A stretch of DNA of 64,000 nucleotides from Cenococcum geophilum (GCA_050273025.1 CP158636.1:6572001-6636000); one strand, 5' to 3'. Counted from the first letter of the stretch, positions 49,755 to 64,000 are shown. The notes: a model not told the origin generated them from the sequence alone. Made by a program: numbers and translations.

Positions 49755-52700
49755 TGTTATAGACGCTTTAAGTATAATGTTATAACTACTTAGGGAAGAG
49801 TCGAAAGAAGCTAGTTAGTTAATTTAAGCACGGTCTAAGATAGAGCCAATAGAGCTATATAATGAGAAATAGTAACTAAGGTTATATAATATTATACGCA
49901 GTATACGCAGTATATAAAGGGAATATACGTACAACACGTATAACACGTATATTATATATAAGAAGGATTTTATAGGAGTATGGTTATATATTTAAGGACC
50001 CTTAGTCCCTACCTAGATAGTTCCTTTCTTGTGGTAATTCTTAGAATACAATTAGAGTTAATCTATTAGGCAACCACTCCACTAGTTATTATTACGTTGT
50101 TAACTTAATTTGTATTACCTATACACCTAGCCTATTAACGAGCCTATTATAGTACCTGCTATAAGGTTCCGTTATATAATTACTACCTAGTTACGGTATT
50201 AAATATAAAGAAGTTAAATAATATGCCACCAAAAGCAGCCACTACGACGCCATTAACGGCGGTAACTACTTTAAGATTAGGAAACGACACTAGTATAGCA
50301 GACACTAACTTATAGCAACCTATAACGGTTAGATAACTATAAGAGATAGTTAACTAGTTAATAGAAAATAACGTAATATTAGAATAAAGGATTAACGGGA
50401 TTAGAGCAGTAAAGATTAAGTTATTATTAATTAAGAGATTCTTAGGAAAAAGATTAAAGCTTAAGGGATTTCTTATATAAATGCACTTTAAAGTTATATA
50501 AGAAGGGGTAAAGCTACTAATACTTATGGATTAAATAGCCTATGCAGGACTATTCCTATTAGGAAAAGTACTTAAGTAGTTTAAGCTTTACCTTACGGAA
50601 ATACAGGTAAATGGAATAACAACCACTAACTAAAACGTACGATTTATATTCTTAAACTAGGAAGGGTTCGCGGAATAACTTACGTAAATATTTAGAGACC
50701 TAGAATTAATAACTATAGCGGAAAGGAAACTCTAAGACATTATATAACAAACCTTAGTATTAAGTACACTACGTAGTTCTAGATATTAGTAATATAAATT
50801 AAGTAGAATAATAGGGCGCTTATAGCATAGTATAAATAGGGACTTAAGGCTAAAGTTTAGGACGTAATTATCCTAATAGAAGATGCGGATACCCTATAGG
50901 ATCTAATAGATTAAGCGATTAAAATTAATAATTGGATCTACTAAAGGAAATAGGCTAAAAGAGGTTAGGATAGAGTTTTATAGTTATATAAGACGTAAAG
51001 CACGCAATAACCGAAGCTAAGTTAAAAACTATAGTATGGCGTAGAGCTAATAGACCTAAGTAGTACTAAAGAAGCCTATAAAAGATAGAGTAAGAAACTA
51101 TAAAAACCTAAAGGTTAAGGATCTAGTAATTACAGGACTAAGGAGTAGAGGCTAAACTAGGGATCTTAGTAATAGAAGATGTTTAGGCGGACTCTATAGT
51201 AAAGTTAGTAGTTTAAAGATAGAGCTTATATAAATTATAGAAAATAAGGTTACTTTGTAAGGGATTATAAAGATAGTTAGAATTACTATATAATAAAGGG
51301 AACTAGACTAGTAGAAGATATATATATATAGAGGGATAATAGTATACTATAAGGAACAAAGGAATGTTTAATTAAAAGTTTTGCGTTTTATTATAATAAC
51401 GCATACTAAATTTATAAAGACGCTAAGTATGGCGTAAGCTATTAGCTATAGGAGCTAAAATCCTTAGAGTGCAGAGGAACTAACAAACTATTATATAGAT
51501 TAGATATTATAAACAACAAGTTTAATATAGGTAAAATATTTACAGATAATAAGGTAATAAAGGCAGCTTACTAGGAGCGTATAATCCTTAAAGAAGTTAT
51601 ATTAGAAGTAAAGACTAAGACCGCTATAGAGCAAGGTTTAGTAACGGGAATTATAACACCGTTGGATATAGTATCTATTACTTTATAAGATAAAAGGAAG
51701 AGTATTTTATAGAGACTAAGTAAGCAGATAACTACTAGTGCTAATTTATTACTTAATAAAGGTAAAAGGCTAAAGGCTTAAGATTCTTAAGACAAGATAA
51801 AAGACGACTAAGATTCTTAAGACGAGATAAGGTATACCTAAGGACCCATAATAGACAGAAACCGATAGAGCAGGGTAATAGCTTAGTTTAAGGATATACA
51901 AATAAGCTTAGGATAGAGTTTCCTACGGGTATAAGATTCTTAAAATAAGATAAGTAAGATTTAAGACTCTTAAGATAAGATAAGAATACCTAAGCCTAGT
52001 TAGACTAAGGTAGGAGTAAAGCTTAAAATAGAAGTAAGCTTAGGATTAAGAATCCTATAGAACTAAGACTTTAAGATATAACTAAGGACTATTAATAAGA
52101 TTAAAAAGTAAGAAGACTTTAAGGATCTACTTATAAAATGTATAAAGAAAGAAACTATAAAGGAATTTAGAGCAAGAATTACCTTATAGTAAGAATAGAA
52201 ATTAGATAAGAGATTTAATATACTAGGCCGTATAAGGGACTGGGCACCTATATAATGAATTACTAATAGGCCTAGGGCAGGCACACTAAGAGCTAAGTGG
52301 CTTATTAAACTAGAATAAGAAGAGGATCTAGGATTTTAACTAGGTTTAAAAAACGATATATAAAGGGCTATTACAATATAGTAATAAGAAAATACTTCCT
52401 TATGGACAAGCCGTATATACTTAAGGGGCTGTACTAAAAGTGGTATAGATAACGACACAATAATAAGTGGGAAGATTTCTATATATAGTTAGATAAAAAA
52501 GTTATTTAAGACCACCTAATTATAGAAAAGGCTATAAGTCATATTAAAGGAGCCTTAATTATAATGTTAAAGGATCTAGAGGAGTAATTAGAGGACTAGA
52601 GAAGCGAGATGCGAATCTTAGTACCTGCGAATAAAGTTATAACGCTTAGATTAACATAAAAAAGGTTTAAACTTAAGGATAAAAATAAGCTAAGAGTTAA

Positions 52701-55700
52701 CCTAAAACACTAAGCATATTATACGTTAGCATGGATTATATATATAAATAATGCGTATAACATATATAAAGCACCAAAAGATAAGCATTAGAAGTACCTA
52801 GTAAGGATATATTAAGTACTAGATAAGGCAAAATATAGGAATGCTAAGTATATATATAGTTAGCACCTAGTAGAAGTATAAAGCTAAGGGGACTTAATAC
52901 TTTAGCTAGGAAGATTCCTTACGGAAGAATACCTAGATAGATAATAGTAGTAGAAATACCTAGAAAATACGTATCTATAGTATATTAAAGATAAAAAGCA
53001 AATTAAGTATTAGTTAAGAGTGGACTAAGTATAAATAGGATTAAGCAGCTAATAGTTAGGAAAAGTAGAGGCCTATAGGACCAGAGGGAACTAGTAGTAG
53101 AGCCTTAAACCCTTAAAGGAATTTAAGGATAACACCTAAATCTATAAGTTAAGTAGTAAAATTAATAGTTTAAAGCATTAATAGATAGTAGGGCAATAAG
53201 AAATTATATCTTACTAGTAGTAGTTAAAAGAATAGGGTTACCGCATAGGAAAAAGGAGCACCCTTACCTATTAGTTATAATTTTAGGAGATCCAATAGCC
53301 TACGGAGGAGGTATTATTAATCTTAAAATAGGACCTATTTAGTTAACTATTAAAGGAAGACAGATTAGGATGTCTTTTAATATATTACTATTAGGGAATA
53401 ATAAGGCAGTACTAGGAATGCCTTAGTTATAGGAATCTAATCTAAAAATCGATTAGATTATAGGTTAGGTTAATATTAGGGATACTTAATAATATAAGAT
53501 GCAATAATAAGCTAAGTTAGTATAGTACTAAGTAGGGGCAACCCACGAGGAAATGGAAAAGGGATTAAGCCATATATTAAAGAAATACTATAAGTATAGC
53601 AAGAAACTATAGTCACTAAAAAGTAAAAAGCTGTTAAAGTATATAGTATAGGACTATAAAATAGAATTAGAACTAGGAATAAGTTTAAGGTTTTTTCTAA
53701 TCTATAAGCTTACCAAAGAAGAAGGTAGGGCACTAAAAGAGTTTATCCAGAAAAACCTATAAAAGGGATATATTAGACTATCGCAGTCATTAGCAGGTTA
53801 TTTAGTACTATTTATACTAAAGAAGAACGGTAAACTAAGGCTATATATCGACTATAGATAGTTAAACAGTATTACTAAAAAGGATAGGTATTTTTTACCC
53901 TTAATTAGCGAGATCTAAGATAGAATAGGCAACGTATAAATCTTTATAAAGATAGATCTAAGATAGGTATACTATTAGATTAGAATTAAGGAAGGCAATA
54001 AATAGAAGGCAGCCTTTAGGTTAAAGGAAGAACTATATAAACTATTAGTTATATAATTCGGGCTTATAAACGCATTAGCAACGTTTTAGAAGTATATTAA
54101 TAATATATTAGGAGAACACTTAGATAAATTTGTTATAGTATATCTTAATAATATTATTATCTACTTAAAGACTAAGGAAGAATACGGAGAATATATTAAA
54201 TGGGTTTTAAAGAGACTATAGGAAGAATAGATGCCAGTAGCAATTAAAAAATACGAGTTCTTTACTAGGAAGACCAATTTTATTAGATTTATTATTAAAC
54301 TAGGCTAACTTAGTATAGATCTAAAGAAGATTAAGGCTATAGTAAATTAGTAGGAACTAAAGAACGTTATATAGTTAAGATTATTTTTAGGGTTTTACAA
54401 TTACTATAGAAGGTTTATAGCGTAATAGTTAAAGAATATTAAACTATTTACGTGATTAACGAAGAAAGAAAAACTATAGGTATAGGGAGAGGAATAATAA
54501 AAATTATTTAAAAGAGTTAAGGAGTTATTTACCTAGGAGCTAGTTCTTAAGATCTATTAACTAGGACTAGAGACGGCTATAGAAATAGATATATTAGACT
54601 TTGTACTAAGGGCGTACTTTATATAAAAATATTAAGATAAATAGCACCTAGTGGCATATTACAGTTAAAAGATAATACTACTAGAGTTAAACTATAACAT
54701 TTATAATAAAGAGTTGTTAGGTATAGTTACAGTATTAAGGAAACAGAGAGTATTCTTATAAGGTATAGAGAAACTATTTATAGTTAAGATGGATTATAAG
54801 AACCTAATAGGATTCCTAATAATAAAGGAACTTAACTAAAAATAGGTTAGATAGGTAGAGATGCTTACAGAATACTATTTTAAGATTTAGTACACTAAGG
54901 GTATAGATAACACGCAAGTAGACGCTCTAAGTTAAAAGGCTAAACTATAAAATAACGAAAAGTTATTAGGGGCTTTACTACGAAAGGACATAGACGGATT
55001 AATTAAATATAATTATTTAAAGGTTATAGCAACCTAAGAGGAACTAGAAAGGGTTTACAAGTTATTAAAAAGCTTTTAGGTATAAAGAATTTTAGAAATA
55101 TAGCTAGAAGATCTATAGATAGATATATATAAAAATTAAGAAGTAAAATATATCCTAAAGAGTATAGCAGAGCACTTTATAAGGGACTTCTATAAGGGAA
55201 CGACTTAAGGATATAATGGGGCCACGGGCTTAGTGTTAAGACTCTAAGAGGAGTATATTATTAATAGAATTTAAGGCTTAGCGCGGAAAGTCACCAAAAA
55301 ATGTCTAGATTACTAAAAAAAAAAACTAACGAGGCATAAGCTGTATAGAGGGCTATAACCTATTAAAATACCAGAGAGACTATAGGAGGTTATATTATAG
55401 GACTTTATTATTAAGTTACTAAAGTTAAAAGACCCTATTACCGGATAAGATTATAATACGATTTTAGTAATAGTAGATAAGCTTATAAAGTAGGGATACT
55501 TTATAGTATACACAGAAGAAATATTAGTAGAAAATGTCGCTAGAATCTATATTAAAGAAGTATTTATAAGACATAGAGCACTAAATAAGATTATATTAGA
55601 TAGAGATCTAAGATTTATAGTAGTATTTTAGGAGGTATTCTTAGCGGAATAAGGAGTTAGAGTAGTAACTTTTACTATATATTATCCGCAGACAGATAGT

Positions 55701-57582
55701 TAAACGGAAAGATTAAATTAGATACTAGAGCAGTATTTAAGATACTATATTAATTATGTATAGAACAATTAGGTATTATTATTACCAGTTATATAGTTTA
55801 TATATAATATAACACTATAGGAAGGGATAGGTATATTACTATTTAAGGTAAATTACGGATATAAGCTAAGAATATTATTATTACTATAATAAGTAAAGAA
55901 AATAAGTAGCATAGCTAAAGAAAGAATAAAGATACTAATAAATCTTTATATAGACCTTATAGAATTAGCAAAAAGAGTATAGAAAAGAATAAAAAAGTAC
56001 TATAACGCTAAGAGATCTAAGGGACTAGATCTTAAGGAGGGAGATAAAGTATAGCTACTATATAAAAATTTTAAAAGTTAATAACTAAGTAAGAAATTGG
56101 ACTACGTTAGACTAGGACCTTTTAAAATTAAGTAAAGAATTTTATTAGTTACGTTTAAGTTAAACTTACTAGCTAAGATAAGGATCTACCCTATATAGTA
56201 TATTATAATACTAGAGCTAGTATATAGGAATATTAAGCCACTAGTTTATAAGGCAGATATATATAGAGGATAAAAGGAAGATAAATAGTAAGTTTTAAAG
56301 ATTATTAGTTATAAGGACATTAATAATAAAATATAGTATAAGGTAAAATGGATAGGCTATAATAAGACTACCTAGGAACTACTAGAAAACTTAAAGAACG
56401 TTATAGGAAAGGTACAGGAGTATTGGAAGAGATTAGGTTAGGTAATATTAATAAAAAAGAATTACTAAAAAATAAGTCACCTAAGGGGGACCTAAGAAGA
56501 GTAGTTGCTAAGCTACTTAGATCTATTTTCTTCCCGGTTAGAAAAGAATCCATTCTTTTATTACTGAGTTCCTATAAATCCTATTCTATAAGTTTCTACT
56601 CCTTAAAACGGACCTTTTTATAAACCTTTTTAAGATGGAATAACCGAGCGGACGTCGCAATACGGGCTTTAAAAGCCTTCTACTCCACGTTATAAAAACA
56701 TTTTAGCTTAGCAAAATCCTAAGATAGTTTACTATCTAGCCGCGTAGCAGTAGATTGGATATAAAACCCTAAGATAGATTAATTAGGGAACTAGACGACT
56801 ATTAAGAGTAATAGGTTATATATATATAGTATTAGAGATAGAGCGAACGTTATAGGACGAACGAATATTTGCTTTAATGCACTTTAAGTAAAAGAACAGT
56901 TATTGTAAGAAAGGGTTCGCTAACGTAATATAAACTAACCCCTTTTTTAAACAGCGAGAACACGGAGATAGTATAATCCCACTAAGAAATAATATTATAG
57001 CAATAGTATGGGCACGGCGTTGCGCTTATAAAGAAGAAAGAGCTTTAGGTATAATAAGTAACAATATTAACTAAATTAATTAGATGGATATTACACCTCT
57101 AGTAAACGACTTAGAGATATTTTAAATCTTTAAGGATAAAGATAAAAAGGAGGGAGATAGTGTTACGGACGCTTTAAGTATAATATTACGACTACTTAGG
57201 GAAGAGTTAAAAGAAGCTAGTTAGTTAATTTAAGTATAGTCTAAGATAGAGCTAATAGAGCTATATAACGAGGAATAGTAACTAAGGTTATATAATATTA
57301 TACGCAGTATATATAGTATATAAAGGGAACGTACGTATAATATATATAATACGTATATTATATATAAGAAGGATTTTATAGGAGTACGGTTATGTATTTA
57401 AGGACCCTTAGTCCCTACCTAGATAGTTCCTTCCTTGTAGTAATTCTTAGAATATAATTAGAGTTAATCTATTAGGCAACCACTCTACTAGTTATTATTA
57501 CGTTGTTAACTTAATTTGCATTACCTACACACCTAGCCTATTAATAAGCCTATTGTAGTACCTACTACAAGGTTCCGTTATA
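49755..57582 (+). mobile_element. Gypsy 2: full-length chromovirus of the same family as Gypsy 1 (RIPped); LTRs 49755-50176 and 57161-57582
   Basis: 422-bp LTR pair with TSD ACTAC (49750-54 and 57583-87); collinear with Gypsy 1; inserted in Copia B between gag and protease. Confidence 0.96.
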
Positions 57583-60500
57583 ACTACTTTCCTAACTAAT
57601 ACTTTATTAAGTATAGTAAGGTAAATAGTATATAAACCGTTACTATTCTTAATAACTAATCTACGCTCTATTCTATTACGAAGTTAAATATCTTTAATAA
57701 GCTAAAGAAGAGTTCTGCGTTCTCCTTTAATAATAAATACTTAACGAATATCTTTTATAGTATTATACTAGATACTAGAGCCGTAGGAGTATTTATAGTA
57801 GGAAAACCTTAAGTTCGAGCCCTTTAGCAGCTTAATAGCTTTATTTAGATTAACTATTTAATAGTAAGCTAATATACAATCCATTTTAGTAAGGGTACTA
57901 TAATCTCTCTTAGTATAATTAGGGTTTAAACCCCCTTAGGGTATATCACTTTCCACGTTATTTCTATAAATACCCTATATATATTTTATATTAAAGATAT
58001 AAATAGATTAGGCGTTAAGCTTAATAACCTTAAGAATATACTTATTTAGGGAGATAATTAAGTGCCCGTTATACGCAAGTAGGGTTACCTTTAGTTACTC
58101 CTTTATTAACTAGAAAAGAGTATTACTTAAAGCCATTTAACTAAGTTAAAGTTATATTAACCACACTATTATTTTAGCCACCTATCCGTTTATTAATTGC
58201 TTAGGGTTCTTTAATAAGTAGGCTATAAAGTTAAGGTTAAGGTAATTAAGCATCTTATAAAGTATTATTATTACTACTAAATAAACCAGAAGTCCCCTAG
58301 CCAATTTAAGTTTACCCTTAAAGATAACTACAACTTTAACTTCTATATTATTATTAATGTTATATATCTTAGCAGTAAGCTAGTACTTTAAATTATTAAC
58401 TTCTTAACCTCTTTCTAAACCGCACGTTTCTTAAAGGATATATTAGCTAGGAACGTATAGGATACCCTTTAATTATACTAGATTAATATCTACCTAGGAC
58501 CCCCTAATTAAATCTTCTATAACGTAGAAAAGAACTTCTTATTTATAGAGTTTTAATAATAGATAAAGGCAATAGTAATTAAGGTTAAGAAAGTCCCTAT
58601 TAAGGCATATAATAGTATTAAAAAAGTAAAGTAATATTACGCGCTATTATACCGCGTATATAAGATTATCTTTTTAGAACTAGAGAATGCTAGCGAAGAA
58701 CTTACCTTATAAATGGCTATTAAAGCTATTAATAATTCCGCTAGCCTAAATAGACTTATACTTATATTACTAGTCTTTAGCACCTACCCTTAAATAACTA
58801 ATAATTCTTTACTATCTCCCTCTATTATATAATAAGCTAAGGCTATTTATAAGGTAATAAAGGAGGTATAGTATCTCTGCACTATACGCTAGGTTAATAA
58901 CGTATTAAGAATAAGAAATAGCCTAAATACCTTAACTACGCTTAATCTACTACTCTAGTCTAAGGTACGCGTATAGCGTAAAAAGGGAGAATAGTTAGGC
59001 CTATATTAACTTATTATAATTAATAGTTAAACTTATACTATTTAGATGCCTTATAAACCTACTTAATTCCATTTAACTATTATTAAGCCTTACTATAAAA
59101 ATAACAGTTTTAAGCCTTTATAGAATACTATAAAAGATACCTTAAAGGAGAGCTATAATTAATATGCTCTAGAAGACAACCATAATTCTAATATAATTAT
59201 AGTAGATATACCACAACTATAACGCGGTAGAGGTTGCCTAAAGGGATTATAAAATCGCTAACATCTTATTAATTTTAAAGAGCAATTTATTACCGCCATT
59301 AAGAATAAAGTTAAGCTATTAATGGCCTTTATAATAGCTAAGGAGAAGGCTAACTTTAAACTTGTAAAATAGCTCTAAAAGGAAGGTTATATTATAACTT
59401 TAGGAGCTCCTTTTTAACTATTTAATAAGCAGGAAATTAATAGTCTTATTATAAGAGGAGTCTTTAAATTTAAGAAGTATAACCCTACTAAATTTAATAG
59501 AGTTTATATCTTTAAGTTAAAAATGGTTAATAAAATTAAGGGCAAAGCTACTAATACCCTATTTAAGAAATTAAGGCTTATTATTTAAGTCTATAACAAC
59601 AATAATAAGGAGGTAATTTTTATATAATTTCCTATAATTTAACAAGCTAGCTAGCGAGTTATTATTACGCTAGCTCCCTCCTTAATAAAGAATAAAATAG
59701 CGGTTTATTTATAAGATATTACTTAAGCCTATACCCAATTAAAGACACACCTTTAGCGCTTAATATTAGCATACCTTTTAGAGCAAATTTGTTACTAATA
59801 TCCTAAGGATATAATTATAGTTATGCTTAAGCCATTATATAGCATTATAGAGGTAAAAACTTACTAGTAGATTACCTATAGTAAGTACTATAAAGAGAAG
59901 CTTTTAATAACTACTTCTATATTTAATTTATACTTCCTTATTATAACTATAGGAACTCTATTCGGAATTATTAGTATATAAACTAATAATATAATTATCT
60001 TAAGAGACAACCGATTCTTAGCTCTTAAAAAAGATAAGCTAGTAAAGGTAAATCTTATAGTAAAGCTAAAGGAAAAGCTTAATTTAATAACACTATTACT
60101 TTTTAATAAATGCATCCTCTCCCTAAATAAGGATTCTATTACTTTACGCCAGAAGGGTTAAGGCAAAAAATTAACATTATTAACGTTAATTCTCTAAAGT
60201 AAGGATATATAGAGTAACGCGCTTATAGAGCTTATATTACTTCTATCTATTAACCTAAGACTTTATTTAATTTATCTGTTACTACCTAATACTAAAAACT
60301 AACTAAGGATAACGTTCTTACCCTAAATAAATATCTTTTTTAGTAAATAAACTATCTTAATTAGGGACTACTCTATATACCTATTAATCTTCCTACCGCT
60401 AAGCTCTTTATATTTATTAATAGATTATTTATAAATAATAAAGATTTTAGCTCCTAGCTAGGATATAAAATTATTATTATAAATAAATTTACTAAAGAGA

Positions 60501-63052
60501 ATAACTTTATAATCTACGGTAATCTTATTTATTAAAGCTTAACTAAAAGTAAGCGTATTACTTAAAGCGTTTTAGTATTAAAGATATATAGAATAGTTAG
60601 CGGAGTTAATATAGTAATTATAATTAGAACTACCCTAAAAATAATTATAAATTAACTTAAACTTCTTACTATCCCTATAATCGTATATACTAACTTATAC
60701 TCCCTTTATAAGTATTTAGTTAAGCTTAGTACTATAAAGAAGAAGCGCCTTATAATTAATATTATAGCACTTTATTAATCCTATAAACAGTAAGAACTCT
60801 TTAAAATTTAATAAATTAACGGTTAAAATAACCTAATAGATATAATAATAAAGGTAAACCTAAATAAGGCTTTAGAAAAGTTTATTAATATAAATACTCT
60901 ATATATATAAGTTAAAGGTTAGGTTAAAAAGGAGTAAGAGTATAATATTTTATAAACCCTAATTTCAACCAGCTAATTAGGATTTTCCATACCTAGTATA
61001 AAAAATCGCTATTAGCTCGCTTATAACTAGCGCCTTAGCGGCCCTAATATAATATCCACCTACAACTTTAAGCAAGAAAGTACTACGTGCTAGGAGGCAA
61101 AATTTAGAATAGCGAGACTTATATTATAATAGCAATAGTAAGTAAAAAGGATTAATATTTGTTACGCTAGTTAAGCAGTATTTATATATAAATAGTAACT
61201 ATAAAAGAAGAGTTATTAGTATCGGGAATAAGGCAAGCGGTTATTACGTAATGCCACGGCACTAGCGTAGTAAGGAGTTTTAGGCTCCTCGCCCTTCCTT
61301 ATTCTAATTAATAAGCTTTATTAACTAACATTACTATAACCTACTTAAGTAGTCGTTATTAGTAAGTCACCCTATATAACTAATACTAACGCTATTATAT
61401 GCCTTAATAGGAACTTCCTTAACCTTAATTACCATTACCTTTATTTATTATTAAAACTCTATAAATAAGAAGTTCTTTTCTATATTATAGACGATTTAGT
61501 TAGGGGGTCCTAGGTAGATATTAATCTAGTATAATTAAAGGGTATCCTATATATTCCTAACTAATATATCCTTTAAGAATTATGCGGCTTAGAAGAAGGT
61601 TAAGAAGTTAATAACTTAGAGTACTAGCTTACCGCTAAGATATATAATGTTAACAATAATATAGAAGTTAAAGTTATAGTTATCTTTAAGGGTAAACTTA
61701 AATCGGCTAGGGGACTTTTAGTTTATTTAGTAGTAATAGTAATATTTTATAAGATGCTTAATTACCTTAACCTTAACTTTATAGCCTACTCGCTAAAAAA
61801 CCCTAAGCAATTAATAAATAAATAGGTAGCTAAAATAATAGTATAGTTAGCGTAACTCTAACTTAGTTAAGTAGCTTTAAGTAATACTCTTTTCTAGTTA
61901 ATAAAGGAGTAACTAGGGGTAACCCTATTTTCGTATAATAGGCACCTAATTATCTCCTTAAATAAGTATATTCTTAAGGTTATTAAGCTTAACACCTAAT
62001 TAATTTATATCTTTAATATAAAATAGAAATGGGGTATTTATAGAAATAACGTAAAAAGTAATATACCCTAAGGGGGTTTAAACCCTAATTATGCTAAGAG
62101 AGATTATAGTACCCTTACTAAAACAAATTGTATATTAGCCTACTATTAAATAGTTAATCTAAACAGAGCTATTAAGCTACTAAAGGGCTTAAACTTAAGG
62201 TTCTCCTACGGCTCTAGTATCTAGTATAATATTATAGGAGACGTTTGCTAAGTATTTATTATTAAAGGAGAATATAAAACTCTCCCTTAGCTTATTAAAG
62301 ATATCTAACTTTATAATAGAGTAGAGCGTAGATTAGTTATTAAAAACAGTAACAATTTATATCCTATTTACCTTACCATACTTAGTAAAGTATTAGTTAG
62401 GTAAGTAGTTCTTAATTTTTATATCCATAAAGAGCTGTTTAGTCTTATTAACCTTACCCTTAAGATCTTCTACACCTTTATATTAAACTAAAAAGCTTTA
62501 AAAGTATACTATAGTAACCTTATAATTTCTAATATTTCTTATACTCTAACGGAACTTATTATATACCTCCTTTCGCTTATTAAGGGAGTATCTAGTTAAC
62601 TAGTAATTTAGCTTCTTATAAACGTAGCACTTTTTTTAGCAATTACTTTAAAATAAATCTCTATAAGGACCTCTATAATTACCTTATAGTTAATATTAAT
62701 TATACCCTTTACTATATTCCCTACTACGGCTACTATATATTTAGTTAGTCTAGTTATAATTATATTAGTTAGGAATACTTAGTTAGGTAGGGTTTTTGGT
62801 ATAAAACTATTAAGATTCTTATATTTACATTATAGTACTTATAGCAGAGCGTAGCTTAGCATATACTTCTTTAAATATATTTATAGGTTTATATAGCGCC
62901 AAATTGCACTTAGGAACGCTATAGTAGGCTAAGATAACCTAGTCCCTTAAGCTATTCTTATTTTAGTAAGTTTTAGTAAGGCTATATTAAATTTTCTAGA
63001 GTTTATTAAAGAGTAGTTAAAGGCACTCTAAATAAGTCTGTTCGTACTAACT

Positions 63053-64000
63053 TAATAGCACGAGTGAGTTAGATCCAGGGGCACGAAATACGTGTAGTAT
63101 TGTATGCTCTTTTGGATAATAGTAACTGTCGATTATATAAAGCAGACTACGTGGTCTATATACTAATGCGCCTCCCCCTAATTAGTTAGTGCTTTATAAG
63201 TGCACTAGACGTATAAGTAAGTGGTTAGTGTATTAAACGCGTAAACGCGTACCTGGTGTACCGAACGCGTAAGCACGCGGTCGGTATAGGTGCTATAATT
63301 ATATACTAGCGGTACTTGAAAAATGAAACCACCTATATATAGCTTCCGTAATTGCTTTAATAGAACTATAAAATATAGAAGAAATATATAAGAAATAGAA
63401 CTATAAGATGCGAAGGAAGTATATAGGAAATCTCCCCCTAAGGTGCTATCTAGACTACCTTTTAGACGGTGCTCCAAACTAGTTATAAGTTAGATCTTAA
63501 GGGCCGCTAAGGCGCTAGTGCTAAGCGACCTAATGGCGATTTTCTATCCTGGGGATAGAAAATCGTAATTGGTTAATTTAACTACCCTGCAAAATTCGGT
63601 AGGTTATATAAGTCCACTAAGTTCCACCGTAGCTTTCTACCGTTTTCTACCTATACCGTATAACGAGCCGTACGGCCTTTTAACGGGCCGTAAACGTACT
63701 ATAGGTGCTCCATTAGTCCCGTTCTACCCATTTTATAACTTTTAAGTTAAGCCTATTTGTATTAATTAGGGTTTTAAGGGCTTAATACGGCTTTGCCTTA
63801 GTTATGGCGTTTACTAGGTTGTTTCCGCCGCTGATCCATTTAACCTCCGTAATCTTGCGTTGTTTATAGGCCTAACGTAAGCACATTAGGTCGACTATAA
63901 GCCTCTTCTTTTATATTGTACCTAGTTTAACTAGGCAGTTATAGAGGGACTTTAAATCGGTGTATAAAACTAGGGGTAACTACTCTAGTTATAGAATCTT
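63053..64000 (-). mobile_element. Copia C: 3' end of a third, related Copia inserted in Copia A gag; runs off the window
   Basis: Minus frame LPLVL.TD.KSLY.CLVKLGT..(E)KRL.VDLMCLR(Q)AY..RKITEVKWISGGNN...A.TK ends at ~63713. It shares the 3' UTR motif at 63500-63580 with Copia A and B. LTR limits not resolved. Confidence 0.75.

Larger units (their letters stand above)
15922..61385 (+). mobile_element. Copia B (GalEa-like), full length about 5.95 kb after removing nested inserts; LTRs 15922-16087 and 61220-61385
   Basis: Two 166-bp LTRs with TSD CTAAC (15917-21 and 61386-90). CTAATTAGT right after the 5' LTR is a RIPped form of the CTGATCAGT conserved hairpin site of fungal GalEa elements. De-RIP motifs: DTGAxGVSTAG (PR, ~57770), FGHPS (~58170), VPIEAHNS.GKVE (IN, ~58600), KSRLxIQ/LKPLYG (RT), TDSYSLY..LVKLGT.KEKRL (RNaseH, ~60700). 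Confidence 0.93.
12902..63050 (-). mobile_element. Copia A (GalEa-like Ty1/Copia), outermost element of the nest; 3' LTR 12902-13082; 5' part cut by Copia C near 63050
   Basis: RT/RNaseH at 13370-15921 and gag/PR/IN at 61391-63050 are the reverse complement of Copia B. The integrase motif EVPIEAHNS.GKVE.YH rejoins across the Copia B insertion. PPT AAAAGAAGAG precedes LTR TGTTGGG...AACCA(T)A. Confidence 0.88.

Noticed and set aside
63500..63580. Hammerhead ribozyme in the Copia 3' UTR motif
   Set aside because: Stems are present but a complete CUGANGA/GAAA core could not be assembled even after reversing RIP.

Overview
Filamentous-ascomycete (Pezizomycotina-type) DNA dominated by RIP-degraded transposons (TpA-rich, CpA/TpG-poor, Gln/Trp codons turned into TAA/TAG). 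Bases ~500-8100 hold a dead Helitron Rep/PIF1 ORF plus passenger-like sequence. A ~4.3 kb un-RIPped island (~8100-12400) carries the only two intact genes I found: a JlbA/IDI-4-like bZIP whose spliced frame has no ATG, and a glyoxalase/VOC protein. From 12902 to the end is one nested transposon pile that can be rebuilt from target-site duplications (TSDs). A minus-strand Copia contains a plus-strand Copia (15922-61385). That Copia's gag is split by a 31.4 kb DNA transposon (18265-49615; about 20 kb without later insertions) with 14-bp TIRs, a 2-bp TSD and a Plavaka/CMC-type transposase. This giant element carries cargo: an SNF2-family ATPase, an intron-containing fragment of the Hrr1/ZNFX1-like RNAi helicase, and several unknown ORFs. 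Two full-length chromoviral Gypsy copies, a non-autonomous derivative of the giant element, MITEs, a solo LTR and a LINE tail are nested inside. All proteins in RIPped regions were read by eye with RIP changes reversed, so their boundaries are approximate and no database search was possible.
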